DNA of 24,000 nucleotides from Bacillota bacterium (GTDB lineage: Bacteria > Bacillota > Clostridia > Christensenellales > Aristaeellaceae). The position numbers were made by a program, and so were the translations under genes. Location: the NCBI GenBank assembly GCA_023413135.1, contig JAEZQK010000061.1:25265-49264 (forward strand). Direction: 5' to 3'. The notes under the pieces were generated by a model. That model had not been told where the DNA came from, searched no databases, and saw nothing but the letters and a program-made list of their open reading frames with translations. Positions 9,526-16,603 of this stretch are shown here, piece by piece. Position 1 is the stretch's first letter. Every line of letters starts with the position of its first letter.

Positions 9526-10101
9526 TTATTTCGCCAGCATGGCGTTCAGAACCTTAAACCCTTCCCCGGTGAGCGCCATGCTGCCAAGCTCCAGCACGGG
9601 GGTGTCCAGCACGAATCCCGGCTTTTGGGCCGCCTCCTTTACCGTTTCCACAAAGTAGGCGTAGAGGTGGGACTGCTCGTACTCCTGATACGCGTACCCG
9701 GTAAGGCGTATATCGTAATCCAGGGTGACCAGCCCAAGATCCTCAAGGGATGCAAACAGTGCGCCGTTTGCTTTCACCGTGTCCATATCGTCCGCAATAT
9801 CTGCAATGTACACGGGTTCCAGCGCCACGGCGTATGCGTCCGCATCCCGGCTTGAGCGCAAGGCAAACCGGGCGATAGGCAGGTATCCCCGCTGATGTAT
9901 GGCCAGCAGCACATCGGCTTGTGCCTCAGTAAGAGCGCCCGCTTCAGGCACAATGTGCGCGTGGTGATGGCCGCAGCCGCAGCCGTCCTCGTGGGTATGT
10001 TCGTGATCGCAGCCGCAGCCGCAACCTTCTTGATGGGTGTTGTGATGGCCGCAGCCGCAGGTTTCGTGATGTTTGTGATGCAAAGGATTTCCGCCTTTCA
10101 T
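9526..10101 (-). CDS. Hypothetical protein with His/Cys-rich (CGCG-repeat) N-terminus; family not recognised
   Basis: Start ATG 10101 overlaps the thpR stop (ATGA). The N-terminus is MKGGNPLHHKHHETCGCGHHNTHQEGCGCGCDHEHTHEDGCGCGHHHAH. A globular domain of about 140 aa follows, which I cannot place. Confidence 0.7.
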   Translation of the reverse strand: MKGGNPLHHKHHETCGCGHHNTHQEGCGCGCDHEHTHEDGCGCGHHHAHIVPEAGALTEAQADVLLAIHQRGYLPIARFALRSSRDADAYAVALEPVYIADIADDMDTVKANGALFASLEDLGLVTLDYDIRLTGYAYQEYEQSHLYAYFVETVKEAAQKPGFVLDTPVLELGSMALTGEGFKVLNAMLAK

Positions 10102-10676
10102 AGTATATTGCAAATGACCGCCCGATGTCCCGCCGCGCCTGTGCTATTTACAAGAGGGCAGCGCATAAGGGGCACATACCGCAATTGTTCCTCCACCCGG
10201 CAGCTTTCAAACAGGGTGATTTCCTCCACCTGCTGGCTTGCGGGAGCCACAGGGATCATGGAGAGTGATACGGGATCCAGCCGTGCCTGCCGTGCCAGGG
10301 TGATGTGGGGATGAAAAGCCCCGTCCTCCAGCCGGAACCCTGCCCGAATCAGCCTTTCCTTCAGATCACTTGCCAATCGTTCCAAAGGCGGCGATTTTGC
10401 AAGGCCGCAAAAAAGCACGGCATCCTGTGGCCGCCGGAAAAAGGAGAGGCCTGTAAGCATTATGGAAAAAGGATCAATCTGCCCCGCTGCGTCTTTCATG
10501 GCTTTTTCTATGAGCAGGACGGCCGCCGTATCCGCCTGGCCAATGAATTGAAGGGTGCAGTGATAGTTGTCCCGCACCGCGTACCGCCCCGGGAACAGCT
10601 CTTGCGCCTGAAGCGCAGCTGCTGACAGCGAGTCTTTCATTCCCCGGTCAAGGCCTATGCCGACAAACACCCGCAT
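10098..10676 (-). CDS. thpR: 2H phosphoesterase, RNA 2',3'-cyclic phosphodiesterase / 2'-5' RNA ligase family
   Basis: The ORF 10098..10742 is trimmed to MRVFVGIG... at ATG 10676, with GGGAGGA SD. It has two HxT motifs (HCTL and HITL) at the expected spacing. Confidence 0.8.
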   Translation of the reverse strand: MRVFVGIGLDRGMKDSLSAAALQAQELFPGRYAVRDNYHCTLQFIGQADTAAVLLIEKAMKDAAGQIDPFSIMLTGLSFFRRPQDAVLFCGLAKSPPLERLASDLKERLIRAGFRLEDGAFHPHITLARQARLDPVSLSMIPVAPASQQVEEITLFESCRVEEQLRYVPLMRCPLVNSTGAAGHRAVICNIL

Positions 10677-10700
10677 GCAGTTTTTCCTCCCATCGTTTCC

Positions 10701-10729
10701 AGCATAGGCATATTTTGCCCGTCTGTCAA
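10701..10729 (-). promoter_or_regulatory. Candidate promoter for thpR
   Basis: Minus strand: TTGACA (10729-10724), 17 nt spacer, TATGCT (10706-10701). Confidence 0.5.
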
Positions 10730-10750
10730 TGCACAGCCGCAAGATTTTTG

Positions 10751-10779
10751 TTGACAGGCCGCCTTTGCGGGTGTATCAA
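10751..10779 (+). promoter_or_regulatory. Candidate promoter for rhaM
   Basis: TTGACA (10751-10756), 17 nt spacer, TATCAA (10774-10779). It sits back-to-back with the thpR promoter. Confidence 0.5.
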
Positions 10780-10827
10780 TGTACTGGATGGCCGCGAACA
10801 GAATATGATGCCGGGGAGGAAAACAAT

Positions 10828-11139
10828 ATGGAACGCTTTGCATGGAAAGCTATCGTGCTTGAGGGGATGCTGGAAGAATACAGGCGCCGCCACGATGAGA
10901 TTTGGCCCGAGATGACGGCTCTATTAAACGAGGCAGGCATCCATAATTATACGATCTGGAACGTAGGCAATGAGCTTTTCGGCTATTATGAATGCGAAAG
11001 CATCGAACGTGCCAACCAGGTGCAGGCTCAAAGCGGCGTGGTCAAACGTTGGAACGAATCCATGGCACCGCTGATGCGCATGGTGGCCGACGGAAGAAAA
11101 GGCGAAGGCGGCATGGTGCAGGTGTTTTATCATCCGTAA
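10828..11139 (+). CDS. rhaM: L-rhamnose mutarotase family protein
   Basis: The ORF 10729..11139 is trimmed to ATG 10828, with GGGGAGGA SD. The translation MERFAWKAIVLEGMLEEYRRRHDEIWPEM...HNYTIW...LFGYYE is typical of the RhaM family, at about 104 aa. Confidence 0.85.
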   Translation: MERFAWKAIVLEGMLEEYRRRHDEIWPEMTALLNEAGIHNYTIWNVGNELFGYYECESIERANQVQAQSGVVKRWNESMAPLMRMVADGRKGEGGMVQVFYHP

Positions 11140-11150
11140 TACGTAGAAAG

Positions 11151-11170
11151 CGCCTGCCATTTGGCAGGCG
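11151..11170. terminator. Hairpin between convergent genes (possible bidirectional terminator)
   Basis: CGCCTGCC-attt-GGCAGGCG is an 8-bp GC-rich stem. The U-tracts are weak on both strands. Confidence 0.4.
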
Positions 11171-11196
11171 TTCATGCCACCTTGGTCATTTTTGCG

Positions 11197-11787
11197 TCAC
11201 TCTGACGAAGCAGCCTGATGGCGGAACACTGGGGATAAGTAAACATCCGTGCGTAAGCCAGTAGTCTTAGTTATCCTTGTCACTCGCAATAATTTCAAGG
11301 TAGACTGACCGTTTCTATACATAGATTCTTCATGTGGAACGAAAATGCTTGCTGGACATACAATGCCTTCTGTATCCCCATTCAAAAACAGATACGTGTT
11401 ACCATAATGGAACTGCTTTATAATGATATATTTTGCATTAATCCGGGAACCACGCACGATGTTAGGATTAAATTGGATCACAAAGTCACATGACTCTATC
11501 ATTTCTTCAATTCTTAGGATGCACTGTAACCTTTCAAAAATAAGAGTAGCGCGTTTCGATTTTTCTATAAGCGCATCGGTTATACTTCCGGAATCTATAT
11601 GGGTAAATATGTCAGACCTGTTTCTAAAGGTTTGAATAGTGTCCGCATAGTGAAAACCGGCCAAATGATAAAAATCATCAAGACAAAAGCTAATGACAAA
11701 CTGGAACAGCTTTGATTTCCTACCTGCCACTATCTCGTATTCATAATTAGTGAGACGCCTGTAGGCTTTAACACTCTCGTCCAGCAT
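11197..11787 (-). CDS. Hypothetical protein; possible BECR-fold (PBECR4-like) RNase/toxin domain
   Basis: The ORF 11197..11808 begins at a TTG and is trimmed to ATG 11787. AAAGGAG SD lies at 11804-11798. The N-terminal pattern YEYEIVAGRKSKLFQFVISFCLDDFYHLAGFHY, and later FVIQFNP...RINAKYII...CPASIF, resemble my recollection of PBECR-type phage nuclease domains. The functional call is tentative. Confidence 0.7.
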   Translation of the reverse strand: MLDESVKAYRRLTNYEYEIVAGRKSKLFQFVISFCLDDFYHLAGFHYADTIQTFRNRSDIFTHIDSGSITDALIEKSKRATLIFERLQCILRIEEMIESCDFVIQFNPNIVRGSRINAKYIIIKQFHYGNTYLFLNGDTEGIVCPASIFVPHEESMYRNGQSTLKLLRVTRITKTTGLRTDVYLSPVFRHQAASSE

Positions 11788-11810
11788 ATAAACCAGACTC
11801 CTTTGCAAAT

Positions 11811-11840
11811 AAAAAACATGGACGCTTTTATACGTCCATG
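11811..11840 (-). terminator. Rho-independent terminator immediately upstream of the 11787 ORF
   Basis: Minus strand: CATGGACG-tataaaag-CGTCCATG followed by TTTTTTATTT. The U-tract ends 6 nt before the SD of the downstream ORF. Confidence 0.8.
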
Positions 11841-11990
11841 CTGCGCATTTTCTTTCGGCGTTTCCGCCTATTCAAGTTGTGGTTGTTGCGCAACCCCCCG
11901 AGAGCTCCGTGTGCACTGCGACTTGAAACAGAAACACACTTCAGCGCTCAAGATGGACTCAAGATCCATCTGGCATTTATCTTTGCCGCC
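11841..11990 (-). ncRNA. Structured non-coding leader / candidate regulatory or antitoxin RNA
   Basis: The segment lies between a consensus promoter and a terminator and has no SD-preceded ORF. It contains the hairpins AGATGGA-N7-TCCATCT (11951-11971) and GGCG-GAAA-CGCC (11857-11868). It also has the palindromes GTGCAC (11911-11916), GAGCTC (11902-11907) and GTTGCGCAAC (11885-11894). Confidence 0.45.
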
Positions 11991-11996
11991 ACTAGT

Positions 11997-12025
11997 ATTA
12001 TATTTCAAGACACAAAATATGTCAA
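11997..12025 (-). promoter_or_regulatory. Perfect-consensus sigma-A promoter
   Basis: Minus strand: TTGACA (12025-12020), 17 nt spacer, TATAAT (12002-11997). It starts 14 nt after the stop codon of the 12040..12351 ORF. Confidence 0.7.
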
Positions 12026-12039
12026 GAAATATCTGGGAT

Positions 12040-12351
12040 CTATTTGCTTGTTTCCCCAAACAGCTCGTCAACGATCTCCTTTGCGTTAGAAATATGTGAA
12101 AACGGAACATAAAACCGGTACCGTTCAAACGCGGGGCCTGTTCTCATGGCCAATCCCGCCCCCAATACGGGTTTATTCGTAAAAGGGATATTTTTTTGAT
12201 TTAGGACGTCTTCCAGCATTCCGGCCCAAATCGTTTCCTTCTCTGTAAGAAAGCAGAAATCGCCATCCTCCGGTGCCTTCAGATCCCTTCCTCCACATGC
12301 CGGACAAACATCTTCTTGAGACAACAACATGCATTTTTCACAATAATACAT
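12040..12351 (-). CDS. Small zinc-ribbon protein, function unknown
   Basis: The 103-aa ORF begins MYYCEKCMLLSQEDVCPACGG (CxxC..CxxC). AGGAGA SD lies 7 nt upstream of the ATG. The remainder is a small alpha/beta-looking domain. Confidence 0.7.
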   Translation of the reverse strand: MYYCEKCMLLSQEDVCPACGGRDLKAPEDGDFCFLTEKETIWAGMLEDVLNQKNIPFTNKPVLGAGLAMRTGPAFERYRFYVPFSHISNAKEIVDELFGETSK

Positions 12352-12439
12352 AAGTAATCTCCTTTCTGTCGCAACGTTCTTAATGTGAGACTAGAAAGTC
12401 TATGTTCAAACCCCAGCTTTATTCAGGTATAATTTTACA

Positions 12440-12508
12440 GCAAAAAAAGAAAAAAAGCAAATTAAAACCTGACGCGTACCGCCCGCTTTATGCAGCGCCC
12501 GCGTCAGG
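12440..12508 (-). terminator. Terminator of the opp operon
   Basis: Minus strand: CCTGACGCG (12508-12500) pairs with CGCGTCAGG (12476-12468). The sequence UUUUAAUUUGCUUUUUUUCUUUUUUU follows. Confidence 0.65.
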
Positions 12509-12588
12509 CAGTTGATCCCGCTGAAGGAATACTCATAATACAACGATGTGCGGTACCTTCCTGCCGCAGAATTGGGATGGTTAATGGA
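12463..12588 (-). pseudogene. Diverged relic of an oppF 3' end
   Basis: The translation INHPNSAAGRYRTSLYYEYSFSGINCLTRALHKAGGTRQVL aligns without gaps to oppF IPHPNPTVEKRRTSLHYDYATSGIDYLKGKFHLVEGTHRVL. My hand alignment gives 19 of 41 identities. It has no start codon and is out of frame with oppF. Confidence 0.55.
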
Positions 12589-12596
12589 TTGGTTTT

Positions 12597-13520
12597 CTAT
12601 AACCACTTTTGCAATTCATCATCTGTCGCCAATACCCGGTGGGTCCCCTCTACCAAATGGAACTTTCCCTTCAGATAGTCGATTCCGCTGGTAGCGTAAT
12701 CGTAATGCAGCGAGGTGCGGCGCTTTTCCACCGTAGGGTTCGGATGGGGTATGGCCGACAGCAGCGATTTGGTATAGGGATGAATGGGATTGCGGAAGAT
12801 TTCTTCCGTGGTGCCCGTTTCCACCATGTGCCCCAGGTGCAATACGCCAATGCGGTTGGAGATATACTTCACCATGGAAAGGTCGTGGGCAATAAACAAA
12901 AATGCCGTTTGGGTATCCTGCTGGATACTCTTCATGAGATTCACAACCTGGGCCTGAATGGACACATCCAAGGCACTGATGGGCTCATCCGCAATGATCA
13001 AGTCCGGATTCATGATCAGCGCCCTTGCGATGCCGATGCGCTGACGCTGGCCGCCGGAAAACTGGTGCGGATACCGGCTGGCATGCTCCTGGCTCAGGCC
13101 CACCTTATGGAGCATTTCGTATACCTTTTCTTCCCGCTCCTTGCGGCCGCTTAACAAGTGATGGATGTCCATGCCCTGGGCAATGATATCCAGAACCTTT
13201 TTGCGGGGGTTCAGGCATGCCATGGGATCCTGGAAAATCATCTGCATCTTGGTGTGCAAATAAGATTCATCCTGACTGGAAAGCTTCCCGGAGATATCAC
13301 GCCCGCCGAAGGTGACCTTCCCGTCTGTGGGATCATATAACCGTATGATGGTGCGCCCGATGGTGCTTTTCCCACTTCCCGATTCTCCCACCAGTCCATA
13401 GATTTCGCCGGGATAAATGTCAAAGGAAACGTCGTCCACCGCCTTGACGGTAAACCGGCGGTTGATGCGGAAATACTGTTTCAGGTTGCGCACCGAAAGC
13501 AACGGTTTTCGCTCTGTCAT
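12597..13520 (-). CDS. oppF: Oligopeptide/dipeptide ABC transporter ATP-binding protein
   Basis: The 307-aa ORF has Walker [10 protein letters not shown], signature FSGGQRQR and Walker B IIADEPISALD. Confidence 0.9.
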   Translation of the reverse strand: MTERKPLLSVRNLKQYFRINRRFTVKAVDDVSFDIYPGEIYGLVGESGSGKSTIGRTIIRLYDPTDGKVTFGGRDISGKLSSQDESYLHTKMQMIFQDPMACLNPRKKVLDIIAQGMDIHHLLSGRKEREEKVYEMLHKVGLSQEHASRYPHQFSGGQRQRIGIARALIMNPDLIIADEPISALDVSIQAQVVNLMKSIQQDTQTAFLFIAHDLSMVKYISNRIGVLHLGHMVETGTTEEIFRNPIHPYTKSLLSAIPHPNPTVEKRRTSLHYDYATSGIDYLKGKFHLVEGTHRVLATDDELQKWL

Positions 13521-14588
13521 TTATTCCGCCTCCTTTAGCAGCCGCCGCATCCTGTCCCGAAGCTCTATGGGCATATCCACCTTGGGCGCATTTTCATGCA
13601 ACAGCCAGGTAGCGGCATAATGGGTATCGGTGATTTTGAACATGGGCGGCTCCTGGCGGTAATCGATGTTCAGCGCGTAGATGTTCCGGGGCGCGTAGGC
13701 ATCCCCGTCCACATGATGCAGAAGGTTGGGCGGATTGCCTGGGATGGTGTAAAGCCTCTCGTCCCTGGTATCCAGGTCGGGCATGGAAGACAGAAGCCCC
13801 CATGTATAAGGATGCCTTGGATCGTAGAATATTTCTTCTACGGTTCCTTTTTCCACAATCTTGCCGGCGTACATCACCGCCACGTCGTCGGCCACCTTGG
13901 CTACCACGCCCAAGTCGTGGGTAATGTAGATGACCGAAATGCCAAGCTTCTTCTGAAGTTCGGCAATCAGTTCCAAAATCTTTGCCTGTATGGTCACATC
14001 CAGTGCCGTAGTGGGTTCGTCACAGATCAGTATCTCCGGTTCGCAGGCCAGCGCAATGGCGATCACCACACGCTGGCGCATGCCGCCGGATAATTGATGC
14101 GGGTAACTTTTCATGCGTTTTTCCGCTTCGGGTATGTTCACCAGATTCAAAAGGTTGACGGCTTTCTTCCATGCCTCCGCTTTGGAGACCTTGTAGTGGT
14201 AGCGCATTCCCTCCATGATCTGGGCCCCCACGGTCATGGTGGGGTTTAAGGATGTCATGGGATCCTGGAATACCATGGCAATCTTCGTGCCGTTGATCTC
14301 CCGGCGGATCTGTTTGTGGGGCATTTTCAAAAGATCAACGGTAACCGGCTTACCATCCTTTTGATAGGTGTAGGCAATGGCGCCGGAATTGATTTTTCCG
14401 TTGGAGGACAATATGCCCATGATGGCCTTGACGGTAACGGATTTGCCGCTGCCCGATTCCCCCACAATGGCCAGTGTCTTGCCCTTTTTCAAATCCAGGT
14501 TGACGCCCCGGATGGCATTTACCGTGCCGGCGGAGGTGGTGAAGGAAACGGAAAAATCCCGGATGGACAATATATTTTCTTTTTCCAT
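13521..14588 (-). CDS. oppD: Oligopeptide/dipeptide ABC transporter ATP-binding protein
   Basis: The ORF is trimmed to [12 protein letters not shown]... at ATG 14588, with GAGGAGGAGGAG SD. It has [17 protein letters not shown] and [12 protein letters not shown]. Confidence 0.9.
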   Translation of the reverse strand: MEKENILSIRDFSVSFTTSAGTVNAIRGVNLDLKKGKTLAIVGESGSGKSVTVKAIMGILSSNGKINSGAIAYTYQKDGKPVTVDLLKMPHKQIRREINGTKIAMVFQDPMTSLNPTMTVGAQIMEGMRYHYKVSKAEAWKKAVNLLNLVNIPEAEKRMKSYPHQLSGGMRQRVVIAIALACEPEILICDEPTTALDVTIQAKILELIAELQKKLGISVIYITHDLGVVAKVADDVAVMYAGKIVEKGTVEEIFYDPRHPYTWGLLSSMPDLDTRDERLYTIPGNPPNLLHHVDGDAYAPRNIYALNIDYRQEPPMFKITDTHYAATWLLHENAPKVDMPIELRDRMRRLLKEAE

Positions 14589-14599
14589 GCTCCTCCTCC

Positions 14600-15646
14600 T
14601 CACATTTCCTTCATTTTGGGGTCAAAGGCGTCCCGCAGACCGTCTGCCAACAGGTTGAAGGACAGCATGATGATGCCCAGTACCACCACAGGGAAGATGA
14701 TCATATACGGATGGGTGGTAAAAGACTTGAACGCCTCGCTGATCAAAGAGCCCAAAGAAGCCAGGGGCTGGGGCACGCCCAGGCCCACAAAGGCCAGGAA
14801 CGCCTCGGTAAAGATGGCGTTGGGGATGGAGAACATGGACATGATGATCAACTGTCCAAATACGTTGGGCAATATTTCCCTGAAGATAATATAAAAGTTC
14901 TTGGCCCCAAGCGTCTTGGATGCCAGCACAAACTCCTGTTCCTTGAGCTTTAGCACCTGTGCCCTGGCAATGCGGCTCATGCCGATCCAGCCGGTGATCA
15001 TCAGGGAAAAAGTGATGGTAATCAGGCCGGGCTTTAAAACCAGTATCAAAAGCGTTACGATGACAAGGTTGGGGATGCCGTTTAAAATCTCCACAAACCG
15101 CTGCATGGCGGCATCCACCTTGCCGCCGAAATAGCCGGATATCAGGCCATAGCTCAGGCCAAAGAGCATATCCACCAGCACGGCCACCAGCGCAATGTAC
15201 AGGGAGATACGGGTCCCCTCCCAGGTCCTCGTAAACAGGTCCCGGCCCAGGGTATCGGTGCCGAACCAGTAATATACATTCTCCAGCCCGGTGGCCTTTG
15301 TTTCGCTGACATACTTGTTCACTTCTTTGGTGCCGGTGGAGGTGCGCAGTTCTTCCGATCCGTCAAATATGCCAAGCTTCTCCAGCCCCTGCACCCTGGG
15401 GGCCAAATTTTGATGCTTGATGATCTGCGCGTCGTAGGTACGCCCGCTCAGGCCCGGCCCGATGACAGCCAGCAGCGCCACCAGCAGAATGCAGCACAGA
15501 CCTATAACGGCACCCTTATTTTTGCGGAATCTCGCGAAAATGTCCTTCCAGTAAGGCTGGCTGGCAAAGGTCTCATCCACAAAATCATCATGGGTGTTGC
15601 CCCGCAGCTGAAAGTCATCCTCCCGGAATACAGGCATGTCAGGCAT
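14600..15646 (-). CDS. oppC: Oligopeptide ABC transporter permease
   Basis: The ORF is trimmed to ATG 15646, with AAAGGAGG SD 6 nt upstream. The translation is a multi-TM permease with the OppC-type N-terminal extension, and the gene overlaps the oppB stop by 8 nt. Confidence 0.88.
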   Translation of the reverse strand: MPDMPVFREDDFQLRGNTHDDFVDETFASQPYWKDIFARFRKNKGAVIGLCCILLVALLAVIGPGLSGRTYDAQIIKHQNLAPRVQGLEKLGIFDGSEELRTSTGTKEVNKYVSETKATGLENVYYWFGTDTLGRDLFTRTWEGTRISLYIALVAVLVDMLFGLSYGLISGYFGGKVDAAMQRFVEILNGIPNLVIVTLLILVLKPGLITITFSLMITGWIGMSRIARAQVLKLKEQEFVLASKTLGAKNFYIIFREILPNVFGQLIIMSMFSIPNAIFTEAFLAFVGLGVPQPLASLGSLISEAFKSFTTHPYMIIFPVVVLGIIMLSFNLLADGLRDAFDPKMKEM

Positions 15647-16586
15647 GTTTGGCCTCCTTTGCAAGGCGGATACGGGGGTCGATCACGCCGTAAAGAATAT
15701 CCACCACAAGCATGATGAAGATATACAGGGCGCTGTATATAAACGCCAAGGATACGATGACGTTATAATCGTTGGATTGAATGGCTGTCACCAAGAGACT
15801 GCCGATACCGGGTATGGAGAAAATCTTTTCCACCACCAGGGAGCCCGTCATCAGGCCTACCACCAGGGGGGCCAGGACGGTAATAATGGGGATCAGCGCA
15901 TTGCGCAGCGCATGGCGGAAAATAAGGCGGAAGCCGGATATGCCCTTGGACTGGGCCAATAGCATATAATCGGAGCCCAGCACCTCCAGCATCTCGGTTC
16001 TGGTAAACCTGGCTACCGTAGCAATGGTAAACATGCTTAAAGAAATGGTAGGCAGCACGGAGGAATGCAGCGCATTTTCCGCCTGATACAAAAGGGGGAA
16101 CCATTGCAGCTGATACCCCAGGCTATAGCTTAAAGCAAGTGCAAATACATAGGAAGGCAGGCTGACGCCCAGTACCGATATCACGGTCGTCAGCGTATCC
16201 CAAATGGTGTTGTGCTTGAGGGCTGCCACAATACCCAACACCAACCCGATCAGCGTACCCAGCAATACAGCCTGGCCGCCGATGCGGAGCGAAGTGGGAA
16301 GCCGCGACGCAAGGAGCTGGGTGATGGGCGTATTTTTGGAAATGGTATAGCTCACGCCGAAATCGCCCGTGACCATGTGACCTACATACCGGAAAAAGCG
16401 AATGAATACCGGCTGGTCCAGCCCGTATTTGGCGTTAATTATGACACGCTGCGATTCGGTCAGCTTCTCATCATTGAAAGGGGAGCCGGGCATCACCTCC
16501 AGCATGAGGAATAGAATCAAAAGGATGGCCAAAAGTATGACCACCGACATGCCCAAACGTTTGAGTATATATTTTTTCACCGGCAC
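15639..16586 (-). CDS. oppB: Oligopeptide ABC transporter permease
   Basis: The 315-aa ORF begins KKYILKRLGMSVVILLAILLILFLMLEVMPGSPF, a typical OppB/DppB N-terminus. The start is GTG at 16586 or 16580; this is uncertain. Confidence 0.88.
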   Translation of the reverse strand: MPVKKYILKRLGMSVVILLAILLILFLMLEVMPGSPFNDEKLTESQRVIINAKYGLDQPVFIRFFRYVGHMVTGDFGVSYTISKNTPITQLLASRLPTSLRIGGQAVLLGTLIGLVLGIVAALKHNTIWDTLTTVISVLGVSLPSYVFALALSYSLGYQLQWFPLLYQAENALHSSVLPTISLSMFTIATVARFTRTEMLEVLGSDYMLLAQSKGISGFRLIFRHALRNALIPIITVLAPLVVGLMTGSLVVEKIFSIPGIGSLLVTAIQSNDYNVIVSLAFIYSALYIFIMLVVDILYGVIDPRIRLAKEAKHA

Positions 16587-16603
16587 TCCCCCCAGAAATA
16601 CAC

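Noticed and set aside
9971-10060. Repeated GCAGCCGCAGCC units that could be read as a micro-tandem repeat or CRISPR-like feature
   Set aside because: They are in-frame (TGCGGC)2 codon pairs encoding the CGCG motifs of the His/Cys-rich ORF. There are only three short copies with no regular spacers.
11868-12128. 86-aa minus-strand ORF, and its internal 33-codon ATG ORF (MDLESILSAEVCFCFKSQC...), covering the leader region
   Set aside because: The long version starts inside the Zn-ribbon gene in another frame and runs across the consensus promoter. The 33-codon version has no SD. I treated the region as non-coding, but a small protein cannot be excluded without conservation or ribosome-profiling data.
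11171-12467. Calling the AT-richer islet a mobile element
   Set aside because: I could find no integrase, transposase, terminal inverted repeats, flanking direct repeats or tRNA target. It is reported only as a compositional observation.
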